A stretch of DNA of 64,000 bases from Anaeramoeba ignava BMAN. Taxonomy: Eukaryota > Protista > Anaeramoebae. This document shows positions 1 through 12,400 of the stretch, in pieces; the first letter of the stretch is position 1, and each line of letters opens with the position of its first letter. The position numbers and the translations under genes were made by a program. The notes beneath the pieces are model-generated. The model was not told the DNA's origin. It searched no databases and worked only from the letters and a program-made list of their open reading frames with translations. The stretch covers positions 248,001 to 312,000 of the forward strand of contig JAPDFW010000033.1 of the NCBI GenBank assembly GCA_028826165.1. Direction: 5' to 3'.

Positions 1-1313
1 CTTCTGGTCTTATTTCTCGTGAAGAACTCCAAGAACTTCGTGAAAATCCAAATTATGATTCTCAATTTAGATATTGCAAAAAATGTAATCTTTGGAAATT
101 CTTTATTAAAAAATCCAAATTCTATATTCTTTTTTAAAAATTCACTATTTGAAAAAAATTCAGTTCAAAATCAATTCAAAATCAATTCAAAATTCAAATT
201 CATTTCAAAATTAAAATTAAAATTTAAATTAAAATTTAAATTAAAATTAAAATTAAAATTTAAAATTCATTTATAAAATTAAAATTAAAATTAAAATTAA
301 AATTAAAATTAAAATTAAAATTAAAATTAAAATTAATATTAAAATTAAAATTTAAAATTAAAATTAAAATTAAAATTAAAATTAAAATTAAAATTAAAAT
401 TCAAATTAAAATTAAAATTAAAATAAAAATTAAAATTAAAATCAAAATTAAAATTTAAATTATAATTAATATTCAAATTAAAATTCATTTTAAAATTCAT
501 TTTAAAATTCATTTTGAAATTAAAAAATTGGAAAAAAAATAGGTCATTATGCTAAACCAGAAAGAACACATCATGATGCTATAACAAACACTTGCATTTT
601 AAAAATGGATCATTATTGGTAAAAAAAAAAATTTAGAAACAAAAAACAGAATAAAAAATTGAAAACAAAAAAAAATCAAATAAAAATTAAAAGCCCATGG
701 ATTAACAATTGTGTTGGATATTACAATCATAAATTCTTCCTTCAATTCCTTTTTTACTTATGCGTTGGATGTTTATATGCATGTATTTTAACTTATCCTG
801 CATATCATGCTGAGTCTGGTTATTCAGCAACTTCATCATCAAATGAAACTTTAGAATTTATATTTATTTTATGTGTTACAATCTTTATTGCAGTTGGATT
901 CCTTGTTTCTTGGCATTTTTACTTAGTTTTCACTAATCAAACATCAATTGAATTTTATGAGAATAGATATTATAAGAAAGTTGCTCAAGAAAGAGGAGAA
1001 GTATTTATTTTATTTTATTTTATTTTATTTATCAAAAAATTTTTCCCTAATTCCACTTTTTTTTTTTTTATTTTTATTCTTATTTTTATTCTTTTTATTT
1101 TTATTCTTTTTATTTTTATTTTTAATTTTATTTTTAATTTAGGTTTATTATAATGTTTATGATCTTGGTTATAAAAAAAATTTCGAACAGTTTTTTGGAA
1201 CTGAAGGTCATCATTGGATTAGTTTCTTATGGAATTTTGATATACCTAAAGGAGATGGAGTTCACTTTCCAAAAATTGATAATTATTTCAAAAATCAAAT
1301 TAATTTGGTATAA
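1..1313 (+). CDS. DHHC-family protein S-acyltransferase (DHYC variant, ZDHHC16-like), 5'-truncated by the window; exons <1-84, 543-618, 694-1000, 1143-1313
   Basis: Manual GT-AG splicing gives RYCKKCHYAKPERTHHDAITNTCILKMDHYCPWINNCVGYYNHKFFLQFL, then two TM helices, NQTSIE (TTxE-like) and VYDLGYKKNFEQFFG...PKGDG; TAA at 1311-1313. Confidence 0.9.
205..505. repeat. Intronic (TTAAAA)n hexamer tract
   Basis: Visible tandem hexamers within intron 85-542; similar tracts at ~3075-3620, ~20340-20585, ~24032-24125, ~50290-50645. Confidence 0.9.
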
Positions 1314-1419
1314 AAAAAAAATAATAGAATCAAAAAACAAAATCAAAAAACAATTAAAACAATAAAAATTAAAAATAAAAATCTCTTTCTTTATAAAAAT
1401 TTTATTTGGTTTTTTTTTT

Positions 1420-2056
1420 TTATAAAATTAAACATTTCTTTTTTTGAATTGAATCAACATCTCTTTTTTTAAGAATTTGAGAAACACAAGCTAAAATTGC
1501 TTCATGAACAAAATTACCAGTTTTTGCACTTTTTTTTTTTAAATTTAAATTGAAAAAATAATTTTAAATAAAAATCGGAAAAAAATTTTTTTTAAAAGAA
1601 ATGAAAAAAACCTTGTTTCAAAAAATGAAACTTTCCATTCTTCTGCTTTTGATTTTCCAGAATCATTTTCAACTTGACGATCAGGTAAATCTGATTTATT
1701 TCCAATTAAAACAATTGGAATTTCTTGACATTTTTTATCTTGAAATTTTTCTATTCTATTAAAAATTTCATCAACAGTTTCAAAAGAAGGAGAATCAACA
1801 AGAGAATAAATCACTAAGAAACCATCTCCTTGAGCTAAATGGCTGTCTTGAAGAGTACGAAATTGCTCTTAATATTATCAAAAAAAAAAGTGATTATTTT
1901 TTTTGGATAAATTTGGGAAAAATTTTTTTTGCTTTTTTTTTTTGCTTTTTTTTTTGAATAATATTATTATTATTTACCTTGACCAGAAGTATCAATAATA
2001 ACTAAAGTATGCTTTTTATGATCTAATTCAATTTCAGAATTATAACTTTGTTCTAA

Positions 2057-2087
<31 letters not shown>

Positions 2088-2580
2088 AAAAAATTGATTT
2101 AAGATTAAAAAAAATTTTTTTTTTTTTTTCGTTTTTCATTCTTTCATTTTTTGGATCATTTTTAATTTTGAATTATAAATTTTGAATTTTAAATTATATT
2201 ACCGATTGTTGGATCATAATAAGAAATAAATTGCTTAAAGTTTTTTTTTTTTTTTTTTTGGATTAAAAAAAGAAAAATTTTTAAAGGTGAATTTTTTTTT
2301 GTTCATTAAATTGAAAAAAATCAAAAATGAAATCAAATAATTATTTTATTTACTCCTTTTACAAAACGAAGAGTTATACTACTTTTACCAACTCCTCCAT
2401 CACCAAGAACCTAATTTTATTATTATTTTTTTTTTGAATATTTTGTTTTAAAAAAAAATTGATGATTCAAAATGTTTTTATTTTTGTTTAAATTTTCAAT
2501 TTTGAAATTAAAAATAAAATTTTATTTTTAATTCGTTTTTCTTTTAAAAAGAGATTTACAACAATTTTTAAAGAATTCAT
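1420..2580 (-). CDS. Ras-family small GTPase, 6 exons, CAAX CLIL
   Basis: Spliced product [40 protein letters not shown]...DTSGQEQF...GNKSDL...FETSAKTG...KKKCLIL*; G1-G5 boxes present, introns GT-AG. Confidence 0.92.
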
Positions 2581-2937
2581 TATTTTATTTAATTATAAAA
2601 AAAATAAAAAAAAAAGAAAGAAAGAAAAAATGAAAAAAAATGAAAAACTTTTTTATTTTTTTTTTAAAAGATCAAAAACTGAAAAAAAAAAGTTAAGAAT
2701 AATTAAAACAAAATTTAATGAAGAATTAGACTCAAAATCTAAAATAAAAATGAAAAATGAATAATCAAAAAAATTAAAAAAAAAAATAAAAAGGAGAAGA
2801 AAAAAAATTCTTTTAAAGAAAAATTTTGAAGAAAGAATTTTATAGAATTAACAAAAAAAAAAAGATTTAAAAAATTGGATTTTGTTTTTTAAAGAAAAAA
2901 AGAAAAAAGAAAAAAAAAATTTTTATTTTTTAATGAA

Positions 2938-5900
2938 TTAAATTTTTCCAAATTGATTATGAATTCTTAAAGCTTCTTGAAAAAGTAAATCAACACTAAT
3001 TGGAGGATAATTTTGTAAAATTGAAATTGAAGAAGAATAATTTGATTCAAGTAAAGAATCTCTAATACAACTAATTAAAATTAAAATTAAAATTAAAATT
3101 AAAATTAAATTTAAAATTAAAAATTAAAATTAAAATTAAAATTAAAACTAAAATTAAAACTAAAATTTAAATTTAAAATTAAAAATAAAATTAAAATCAA
3201 AATCAAAATTAAAATTAAAATTAAAAATAAAAATAAAATCGGATAAAAAATTAAAATTAAAATTAAAATTAAAATTAAAATTAAAATTAAAATTAAAATT
3301 AAAATTAAAATTAAAATTAAAATTAAAATTAAAATTAAAATTAAAATTAAAATTAAAATTAAAATTAAAATTAAAATTAAAATTAAAATCGGATAAAAAA
3401 TTAAAAATAAATTTAAATTTAAAATTAAATTTAAAATTAAAATTAAAATTAAAAATAAATTTAAAATTAAAATTAAAATCAAAATTAAAATCAAAATTAA
3501 AATCAAAAATAAAATTAAAATTAAAATTAAAAATAAAATTCAAAATTAAAAATAAAATCGGATAAAAAATTAAAATTAAAAATAAAATTGGATAAAAAAT
3601 TAAAATTAAAAATAAAATCGGATAAAAAATTTTATATTTAAATTTACATTGGCATTGCAGCACAAAAAAATGTTAAAAATTCAAATCGATTTGTATCTGA
3701 AAATAAACTATCCCAAACTCTAACTAAATCAGGCATTGTAAATTCTTGAGATAATAATAAGGAAACCCATCTAAAAATATAAAAATAAGGATAAACTTGC
3801 ATTTTTTGCTAAAAATAATAAATTTAAAATTAAAAAATAAATTTTAATTTGAATTTTTTTAGATTAAAAAAAAAATACTAAATGATTCCAAAGTTGGAAA
3901 TCTGCTTTTTTAATAAGAAAATCAATTTTTGAAACAGTTGCATTAATTCCAAGTGAAGTCGAATCTAAAGATTGACAAAAATAATTATTAATTTCCCCCA
4001 TTAAATTTGTAAAACAATAAAATGCGTCTTCTTCTGCATATTCTATAAAACAAATTAAATATAAATTAAATATATAAATTAAATATATAATTAAATATAT
4101 AAATAAAATATATAAATAAATATATAATTAAATATATAAATAAATATATAAATAAATATATAATTCAATATATAATTAAATATATAATTAAATATAAATA
4201 AATATATAAATTAAATATATAAATTAAATATAAATTAAATATATAATTAAATATATAATTAAATATATAATTAAATATATAATTAAATATATAATTAAAT
4301 ATATAAAATAAATATATATATAAATTAAATATAAAATAAATATATAAATAAATATATAATTAAATATAATTAAATTTAATTAAATATATAAATTAAATAT
4401 ATAATTAAATATATAAATAAATATAATTTAAATATATAATTAAATATATAATTAAATATATAAATTAAATATATAAATTAAATATATAAATAAATATATA
4501 AATAAATATATAAATAAATATATAATTAAATATATAATTAAATATATAAATAAATATATAAATAAATATATAATTAAATATAATTCAATATATAATTAAA
4601 TATATAATTAAATATATAATTAAATATATAAATAAAAATATAATTAAAAATATAATTAAAAATATAATTAAATATATAATTAAAAATATAATTAAATATA
4701 TAATTAAAAATATAATTAAATATATAATTAAAAATATAATTAAATATATAATTAAAAATATAATTAAATATATAATTAAATATATAATTAAATATATAAT
4801 TAAATATATAATTAAATATACTGTAAACGTCGGACATATCGGCGAAAACGAAATCCAATTTTTTTTAATCGATGAAATTTCATTAAATAAAGAAAATATT
4901 TGAAGAGGCTTGTCTCTTTAATAATCAAATTTATGTTAATTTTTTTTTTTACAGAAAAAAAAATTTTTTTTTTTTGGGGATTTTTTGGATTTTCATTTTT
5001 TCTTATTGTTCTGAAAAACGTCAATCATAACGTCAAATGGCTCGAGTTCGGAAATCTAAAAAGAGTGGTAATTCAAATGAAATTAAAATTATCAAGCCAA
5101 GAAGAGCATATTCGGGTATCAATTGGCTGGAATTATTCCAAACTATAGAAGGTGGGAAAAGAGGAATTATCAGCAAATTAGCGAAAGATTTAAACATACC
5201 ACGAACTACTCTCTCATCTCGTTATCATCGTTGGCTGGAAGGGGGATTGGGAATTGAGGACACAAATACAGGAAAAAGGAATTCAAATAGGAAGTATAAG
5301 AGTCGACTATCCGAAAATCAACAGCTCCAGCTCTATGAGTGGATAATTGATAATCGAAGAGCAGGCATTCCAATCAGCTCAAAAGATCTCGCTAGAGAAG
5401 CTTGGCAAAGATTTTTACCATCACGAGCTCCTCGAATCTCAGAAAGTTGGGTTCGAAGATTTAGGAAAAAATTTCACCTGGTTTTAAGAAAAAGTTGTCT
5501 TCACCAAACATTGCCCAAAGATTTCGACGCAAGAAAAGAAACTGAAATATTTCATAAAAGGTGTGAAGAGATTATGTCAGTATATACTTATCAATCTATT
5601 TATAACATGGATGAAACAAATTTTCGATTTTCTTATCCCCCTGAGAAAACGATTAGTCCACAAGGTGCAAAGGAAGTGTATGTGAATCATTATGGATCAC
5701 CCAAGGAAGGTTGTACAGTAGTTGGATGTATCGGCGGAGATGGGTATAAGCTTCCCTTAACTTTTATTTTCAAAGGTGGACCAAGAGTAGAAAAACAAAT
5801 GAGATCTGCAATTAAAAAAGGTTATTTTTACGCTAATAAAGCAGCATGGATGACTAAAGTACTTATGAAAAAATGGTTCGAAGAAGTCTTTTTAAAAAAT

Positions 5901-8900
5901 GTTGCAACTCCTTGTGCCCTTTTTATGGATAATTTTAAGGCTCATTTTGATCCAGATTTTTTGACACTTGCCGAAAAACATCATGTTTTGATCCAAATGA
6001 TTCCGGCAAATCTAACAGGACAACTCCAACCCTTAGATAAAATGATATTCCGTCAACTGAAAGTAAAGTATCAACGTTATTTCGAAGGGGGGATTAAAAG
6101 AGGGGATACGGCACAAATCAAGCGAGAAAAAGTGTCAAAAGCTTGCATGAAAATGTGGGATCAAGTGGAAGGAAATTCAGTAGCAAGATCTTTTCGAAAA
6201 ACTGGAATAATTAGAGATAATATCGACAGCTTTGATCGTGAATGTCTAGAACTATTTATCGAAGCTTCTAATTCCAATTCTAAATATGAGAGAAAAAAAA
6301 GGAAACAATATAAAAAGAAGAAGAAAACAAATTCCTTGGAAAGCAAAAAAGAAAAGCATCCAAAAAAAAGAGAAACCAAAAAAAGAAAAAATTCTTCTAA
6401 AACACATTTAACACGACAAAAAAGAAAAGAAGCTCATGCAGAAAAGTTTATCAGTTCTTCTCAAAATTCAGTCATCAAAAGAGAGAAAACAAATGGGGAA
6501 GTTCAAAAGAAAAAATCCAAAAATGACATGATTCCAAATTCAATTATTTTATCAAGTCAAAAAAAGAGTGGGATGAAATTTGAAATTATTTCCAACCAGA
6601 ATGAAAAAACTCTTGATAAATCCAATTCCCAAATTCCTCAAAAGAAGTCTTCTCCTTCCATAATTTCTCCTCGTAATACAAAAACCAAAATGACACGCTT
6701 AAAAAGTGCTCGAAAACTCTTTTTAAAAGCTGATATTAAATAAATCAAATCAACAATTCTTTTTAAATCAAATCTCTTCCAAATTAAAGACAAAAATAAT
6801 TCTCAAAAGAAATTTTTTCTGTCTTCAATTAATTAAAAAACGACGGTATGAATGATTTTTTTTTTTTTCTTTTAAACAAACAAAAAAAATCTCATCAAGT
6901 CTTCTTTTTCAACAAGGAAAACTTCGATTGACGTTACCATTGACGAATAAAAAACAACAAGAAAAATTTTTTTTTTTTTTTTCATTTATTTTTTATTTAT
7001 TTTCGCCGATATGACTGATTCGCCGATATGATCGACGTTTACAGTATAATTAAATATATAATTAAATATATAAATAAATATATAATTTAATTATATAATT
7101 AAATATATAATTAAATATATAATTAAATATATAATTAAATATATAATTAAATATATAATTAAATATAAATTAAATATATAATTAAATATATAAATAAATA
7201 TATAAATAAATATATAATTAAATATATAATTAAATATATAAATAAATATATAAATAAATATATAATTAAATATATAAATTAAATATATAATTAAATATAT
7301 AAATAAATATATAAATAAATATAAATTAAATATATAAATAAAAATATAAATTAAATATATAATTAAATATATAATTAAATATATAATTAAATATATAAAA
7401 TAAATATATAAATTATATATATAATTAAATATATAAAAATAAATATATAAATTAAATATAAATTAAATATATAAATAAATATATAAATTAAATATATAAA
7501 TTAAATATATAATTAAATATATAAATTAAATATATAATTAAATATATAATTAAATATATAATTAAATATATAATTAAATATATAAATTAAATATATAAAT
7601 AAATATATAAATAAATATATAATTCAATATATAATTCAATATAATTAAATATAATTCAATATCGTTCAAAATATACTTTGAGATTCAGGATCTGAATCAG
7701 TTGCAAATATATATAAAATAGGAGCTAAAATTTCATTCATTCCTAAATTTTACATAAATCAAAAAATAGGAAAAAAATATTAAAAATGAATAAAAACAAT
7801 AAGAATAATTTTAAAAATTTAATCAGTATTAACCTTGAACATAACCAATTCCAGGACTCAATTTTGCAAAAACAAATAAAATATTACAAAGAGAAAGAAC
7901 CCAATTTGGTTTTTTTGGTTTAATTTGAGATTCAGTATTTGATTGAAGATTAATATTATTTTCATTTAAATTTTGATTTTCATTTTGATTTAAATTTTGA
8001 TTTTCATTTTGATTTTCATTTTGATTTTGATTTTGATTTTGATTTTCATTTTCATTTTCATTTTGATTTTCATTCTGATTTTCATTCTGATTTTGATTTT
8101 GATTTTGATTTTCATTTTCATTTTCATTAATCTTTTTTTCTTCTTCAGAATTTGTTTTTAATTTTTGAAGAACTTTTTCATCAACTTCAGGTTCTTCATG
8201 TAAATGAAAGAAACTCATTGATGTACGAGTTCTTGAAACATCTTTTAAAATCTCTAATTGAAGTTGTTTTTCTGCTATCATTTTTTTTTTCTTTTCATTT
8301 TCTTCTTGATTTAACTTTATTTTTTTTTCATAATTTTTTTGGTTCATTTTTTAATTGGGAAAAAATTATTTATAAAAAAAATTATACCTTTGAATCTTTA
8401 ACTTCTTCCATTGCATCTTCTATTTCAGAGATTAAATTCTTTTATTTATTTTTAAAATTTAATTTGAATTTTGATTTGAATTTTGATTTGAATTTGATTT
8501 GAATTTTGATTTGAATTTGATTTGAATTTAAATTTGAATTTAAATTTGAATTTTGATTTGAATTTGAATTTTAATTTGAAATTTAATTTGAATTTTAATT
8601 TGAATTTTGATTTGAATTTTGATTTGAATTTTGAATTTTGAATTTTGAATTTTGAATTTGAATTTTAAATTTAATTTGAATTTAAAATTTAATTTGAATT
8701 TGAATTTTAATCGTAATAATAAATACAACAATATTAAAACTTAAATCAAAGGGAAATATCATCACTTCTTTTTTTAAAATATGAAAATTTTCTCTATTTT
8801 CTTTTAAAGTATCTTCCCATTCTTTAGGATTTAAAGGTAAATAATTTAAAAGAATCTAAACAAAAAAAAATTAAAATGATTAAAAGGAACATTTTCTTCA

Positions 8901-9151
8901 TAAAATAAATAGTATAAATTTAAAAACCTTCCAAAATATTGGTCTTAAATTTGAAGAATCAGGAATTCCTATATTTTTTATGTTTATTTTTTGTTATTTA
9001 AAAAATAAAATTAAAATTAAAATTAATTAAAATTAATGATCAAAAATCTACCTGTAAATGCAAGTGCTTTAATTAAAGACATATCAATTGGAATTTGTTT
9101 TATTGCACTTGAAAATTGTTCATTTCTTCTTGCTAGTCGTGATTTTTGCAT
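2938..9151 (-). CDS. TBC-domain Rab GTPase-activating protein, TBC1D13-like, multi-exon
   Basis: Exons encode GIPDSSNLRPIFWKILLNYLP, ILKDVSRT (Arg finger), YVQGMNEILAPI (Gln finger), EEDAFYCFTNLMGEI and FRWVSLLLSQEFTMPDLVRVWDSLFSD; ATG 9149-9151, TAA 2938-2940. Confidence 0.88.
4821..7044 (+). mobile_element. Full-length pogo-superfamily (Tc1/mariner-related) DNA transposon, 26-bp TIRs, TA target-site duplication, inside a TBC gene intron
   Basis: Left TA|CTGTAAACGTCGGACATATCGGCGAA (4821-4846); right end reverse-complements to CTGTAAACGTCGATCATATCGGCGAA (7019-7044), 24/26 identical, followed by TA; the same AT satellite lies on both sides. Confidence 0.95.
5037..6743 (+). CDS. pogo/Tigger-type transposase (HTH + CENP-B-type HTH + DDE_1 domain, DD35D)
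   Basis: 568-aa intact ORF; LAKDLNIPRTTL HTH; SESWVRRFRKK; YNMDET, LFMDNFKAH, LQPLD with 35 residues between the 2nd and 3rd Asp. Confidence 0.95.
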   Translation: MARVRKSKKSGNSNEIKIIKPRRAYSGINWLELFQTIEGGKRGIISKLAKDLNIPRTTLSSRYHRWLEGGLGIEDTNTGKRNSNRKYKSRLSENQQLQLYEWIIDNRRAGIPISSKDLAREAWQRFLPSRAPRISESWVRRFRKKFHLVLRKSCLHQTLPKDFDARKETEIFHKRCEEIMSVYTYQSIYNMDETNFRFSYPPEKTISPQGAKEVYVNHYGSPKEGCTVVGCIGGDGYKLPLTFIFKGGPRVEKQMRSAIKKGYFYANKAAWMTKVLMKKWFEEVFLKNVATPCALFMDNFKAHFDPDFLTLAEKHHVLIQMIPANLTGQLQPLDKMIFRQLKVKYQRYFEGGIKRGDTAQIKREKVSKACMKMWDQVEGNSVARSFRKTGIIRDNIDSFDRECLELFIEASNSNSKYERKKRKQYKKKKKTNSLESKKEKHPKKRETKKRKNSSKTHLTRQKRKEAHAEKFISSSQNSVIKREKTNGEVQKKKSKNDMIPNSIILSSQKKSGMKFEIISNQNEKTLDKSNSQIPQKKSSPSIISPRNTKTKMTRLKSARKLFLKADIK

Positions 9152-9469
9152 TTAAAAATAATTAAAGAAAAAATAAAACAATAATTGAAATTTTGTTTTT
9201 ATATAAAAAAAAAAAAAGAAGAAGAAGAAAAAAAAAATGAAATTAAAAAAATTTAATTAAAAATAAAAAATGAAATTAATTACTAAAAATTTTAAAAAAT
9301 TATTTAAAAAAAATAAAAAAAAAATTAAAATTAAAATTAAAAATAAAAATTCATTTTTTTTTGTTTTAATAAATAATCTATTAATTGATATAAAAAAAAA
9401 ACCAGAAAGAAAATTTAAAAAAAAAACAAAAACAATTTTTAAAGATTAAAATAAAAAAAATTAATTAAA

Positions 9470-12400
9470 ATGTCTCAAAAAATTGAATGGAAAACTTATT
9501 ATTTCTCAATTATTGAAAAATGTTCAAAAGGTTTGATTGATTTATCTTTTTTTTTAAAAGATAATAAATTCTAATTCTAATTCTTTTTTCTTTTATAAAA
9601 AAAAAAAATAAAATATTATTAATTTAGAACCTGATCCAACAACAAAACTAGATGAAATTGAAGAACAAATAAAGAAAATAATTGATGGAACTTTTCCGAA
9701 AGAACAAGAAGAATATTTTATCAAAGAAGCTTTTTATTCAATTATTAATTCATTATGGAAAAGAAATGATTTCGATCAAAAATACTGTCAAAGAGTAAAT
9801 GATTTTTTTAAAAGAAGTCTTGATTTGATTTGTTATAAAATTTCAGAAGAAGATCCAAATATTTTATCTGTTTTGGGTCGTATTTTTGCGAGACCTTATC
9901 ATGGTTTTTATGAAGATTATCAAACAACAACTTGGGAATGCAATTTAGAAGTAAAAAAAAATAATTTTTTTAAAATGATTAAAAATTTGAATTAAAAATT
10001 TGAATTAAAAATTTGAATTAAAAATTTGAATTAAAAATTTGAATTAAAAATTTGAATTAAAAATTTGAATTAAAAATTTAGGATGATTATTATTCTTATT
10101 GGATAAAAGATTTTGTTAAGGAATCTGAAAAAATTGAAGATGAAATGAAATTCCATTTTGCAAAAGTAAAAAAAAAGCAAAAAAAAAGGAAAAATTTTAA
10201 TTTTAATTTTAATTTTAATTTTATAAATGAATTTAAATTTAAATTTTAATTTAGGAATCAATGAAAAAAATTTCTGGATTATTTTTAGAAAATATTGAAT
10301 ATTTTGGACAAATTCATGGTTTTGAAAAAATAATATCTCATATCCTTTCAGAAAATTATGAAATTTCACTTAAAACTTTTGATTTATTAAAACCAATTGA
10401 AAAAGTAATTGAAAAAGAAAAACAAAAAGAAAAAGGAAAAAAATTGTTAATCATTTTATTGCTTTTTTTTTTAAATAAATTCTTTTCTTTTTCTTTTTAG
10501 ATTTCGAATCAATATACTGAAGAATTTTTACAATATTTAGTTCCTTATTTACAAAAAATTTTGGATAAAATTCTTCAATTAGAATTTGGTAAAATAAGAA
10601 AATTAGAGAAAAAATCAATTATGAAAATTGCAGATTTAATTTTTGAAACAATCAGAAGTTATGATAATGATCTTCAATCACAAATTCAAGAAGAATTCAA
10701 ACTTGATTTAGCTGAAAAATTTATTCATTCAACATATTTAGAAATGAGAGTTGCTGGATTAACAGAAATTAGAGGATTTATATTAAATTTGAATCCTTCA
10801 CCAAATAAAAAAAACATTAAACAAATATGGATAACAAAGGAGTAAATTTAAATTTAAAAATGAAAAAATTTAAAAATGAAAAAATTTAAAAATGAAAAAA
10901 TTTAAAAATGAAAAAATTTAAAAATGAAAAAATTTAAAAATGAAAAAATTAGAAAACTTCTTCATTGGATTAAAGAAAAGAAAATTGTTGAATTAATTTT
11001 TGGTAATCACCTTCATCGTGAAACAATTAATCGAACAGATTTTATTCTTGAATTTCTTGCACAAAATGGAGAATTTACAGAAGAGATTTTCTATTTAATT
11101 TGGAATGCATCAAATGTGAAAAATAAATAATAAATAAATAATAAATAATTAATAAATAATTAATAAATAATTAATAAATAAATAATTAATAAATAATAAA
11201 TAATAAATAATTAATAATTAATAATTAATAAATAAATAATTAATAAATAATTAATAAATAATTAATAAATAATTAATAAATAATTAATAAATAATTAATA
11301 AATAATTAATAAATAATTAATAATTTAAATTCATTTATAAATAGGGACAACATCAAACAACTATCGAAGCTATTTATAATCTTGTATCACGATTATCTCA
11401 ATATTTCCCTGAAAAGATGTATAATTTTGTTTTTAACAAGTTTATTAATATTGAAAAATGGGATGTTGTTTCAATTTCTTTACTTCAAAACTTTGCAAGA
11501 GGAGCTTTGGAAAAATATAATCTTGAGGAATCTGAAAATAAACAAATTTGGATTGAACCAATTAAAAAATTTTGGGGATTAATTACAGATTTAAAAATTG
11601 AATATCAAACAAAGGAAGAATTATTTGAAGATTTTAAAGAACTTTTTGTTCAGAAAATTTGTGCAAATGAAATCAAACATTCATTTCTCAATCAATGTAT
11701 TAGTAATTTGAAAGAAGGAAAAAGCATTCCTTTCACATTAAAAGCTTTTGACACATATTTTTTCAACATTCCCAAAGCAAGCTATTATTACATATCCAGC
11801 TAATACTTCAAGTGATAACATAACAATTTCAGCATTAATAAGATCTATTCAAGAAGAAAATAATCTTATACAATTAGTTATTGAAGAAATGGAAAATTTT
11901 AAGAATAAAGTATCAAAAATTAAGAATGAAACAGAAGATTTAGATAATTTTATAGTTGAAGAAGGACTTATATATATTGAAGAAGTAGGAAATCAAAAAA
12001 CAAATTTAAAATTTAAAATTTAAAAATGAAAAAATTAAAAATGAAAAATTAAAAATGAAAAAATTTAAAAATGAAAAAATTAAAAATTTTAAATTAGGTC
12101 TCGGTTAGATTGGAATTCCTTAAATTTATTATAGAAAATACTTTCCAACTCTTCTTTTCAGAAAAACAAACAAATATACTTTGGGATCTATTTTTCAAAA
12201 ACTCACTTAGTAATAAAGAAAAGGATTATTTCTTGGATTGGACAACTAGAATTTTTTGCAATGATGAAATGAGACAAGCTTTTTTCCAAAAATCAGAACT
12301 TTTTTCTCCTGAAAATCTGACAAACAAAGAATTTGATTTCTTCAAATACTTCTCAAAACAATACAATTACCAAAAACAAACAATAAAAGGAATTAATGTG

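Larger units (their letters stand above)
4050..7660. repeat. Intronic AT minisatellite (~12-bp TAAATATATAAT unit), split by the transposon into ~4050-4820 and ~7045-7660
   Basis: Directly visible tandem units; produces the spurious NYIF-repeat ORF 4574-4858. Confidence 0.9.

Noticed and set aside
205-505. (TTAAAA)n as a telomeric repeat
   Set aside because: Lies inside GT-AG introns or intergenic DNA at many internal positions, lacks G, and occurs in both orientations.
3117-3663. ORFs of poly-IL / poly-FN (also 19-276, 4574-4858, 8540-8731, 22710-23054)
   Set aside because: Translations of intronic simple repeats.
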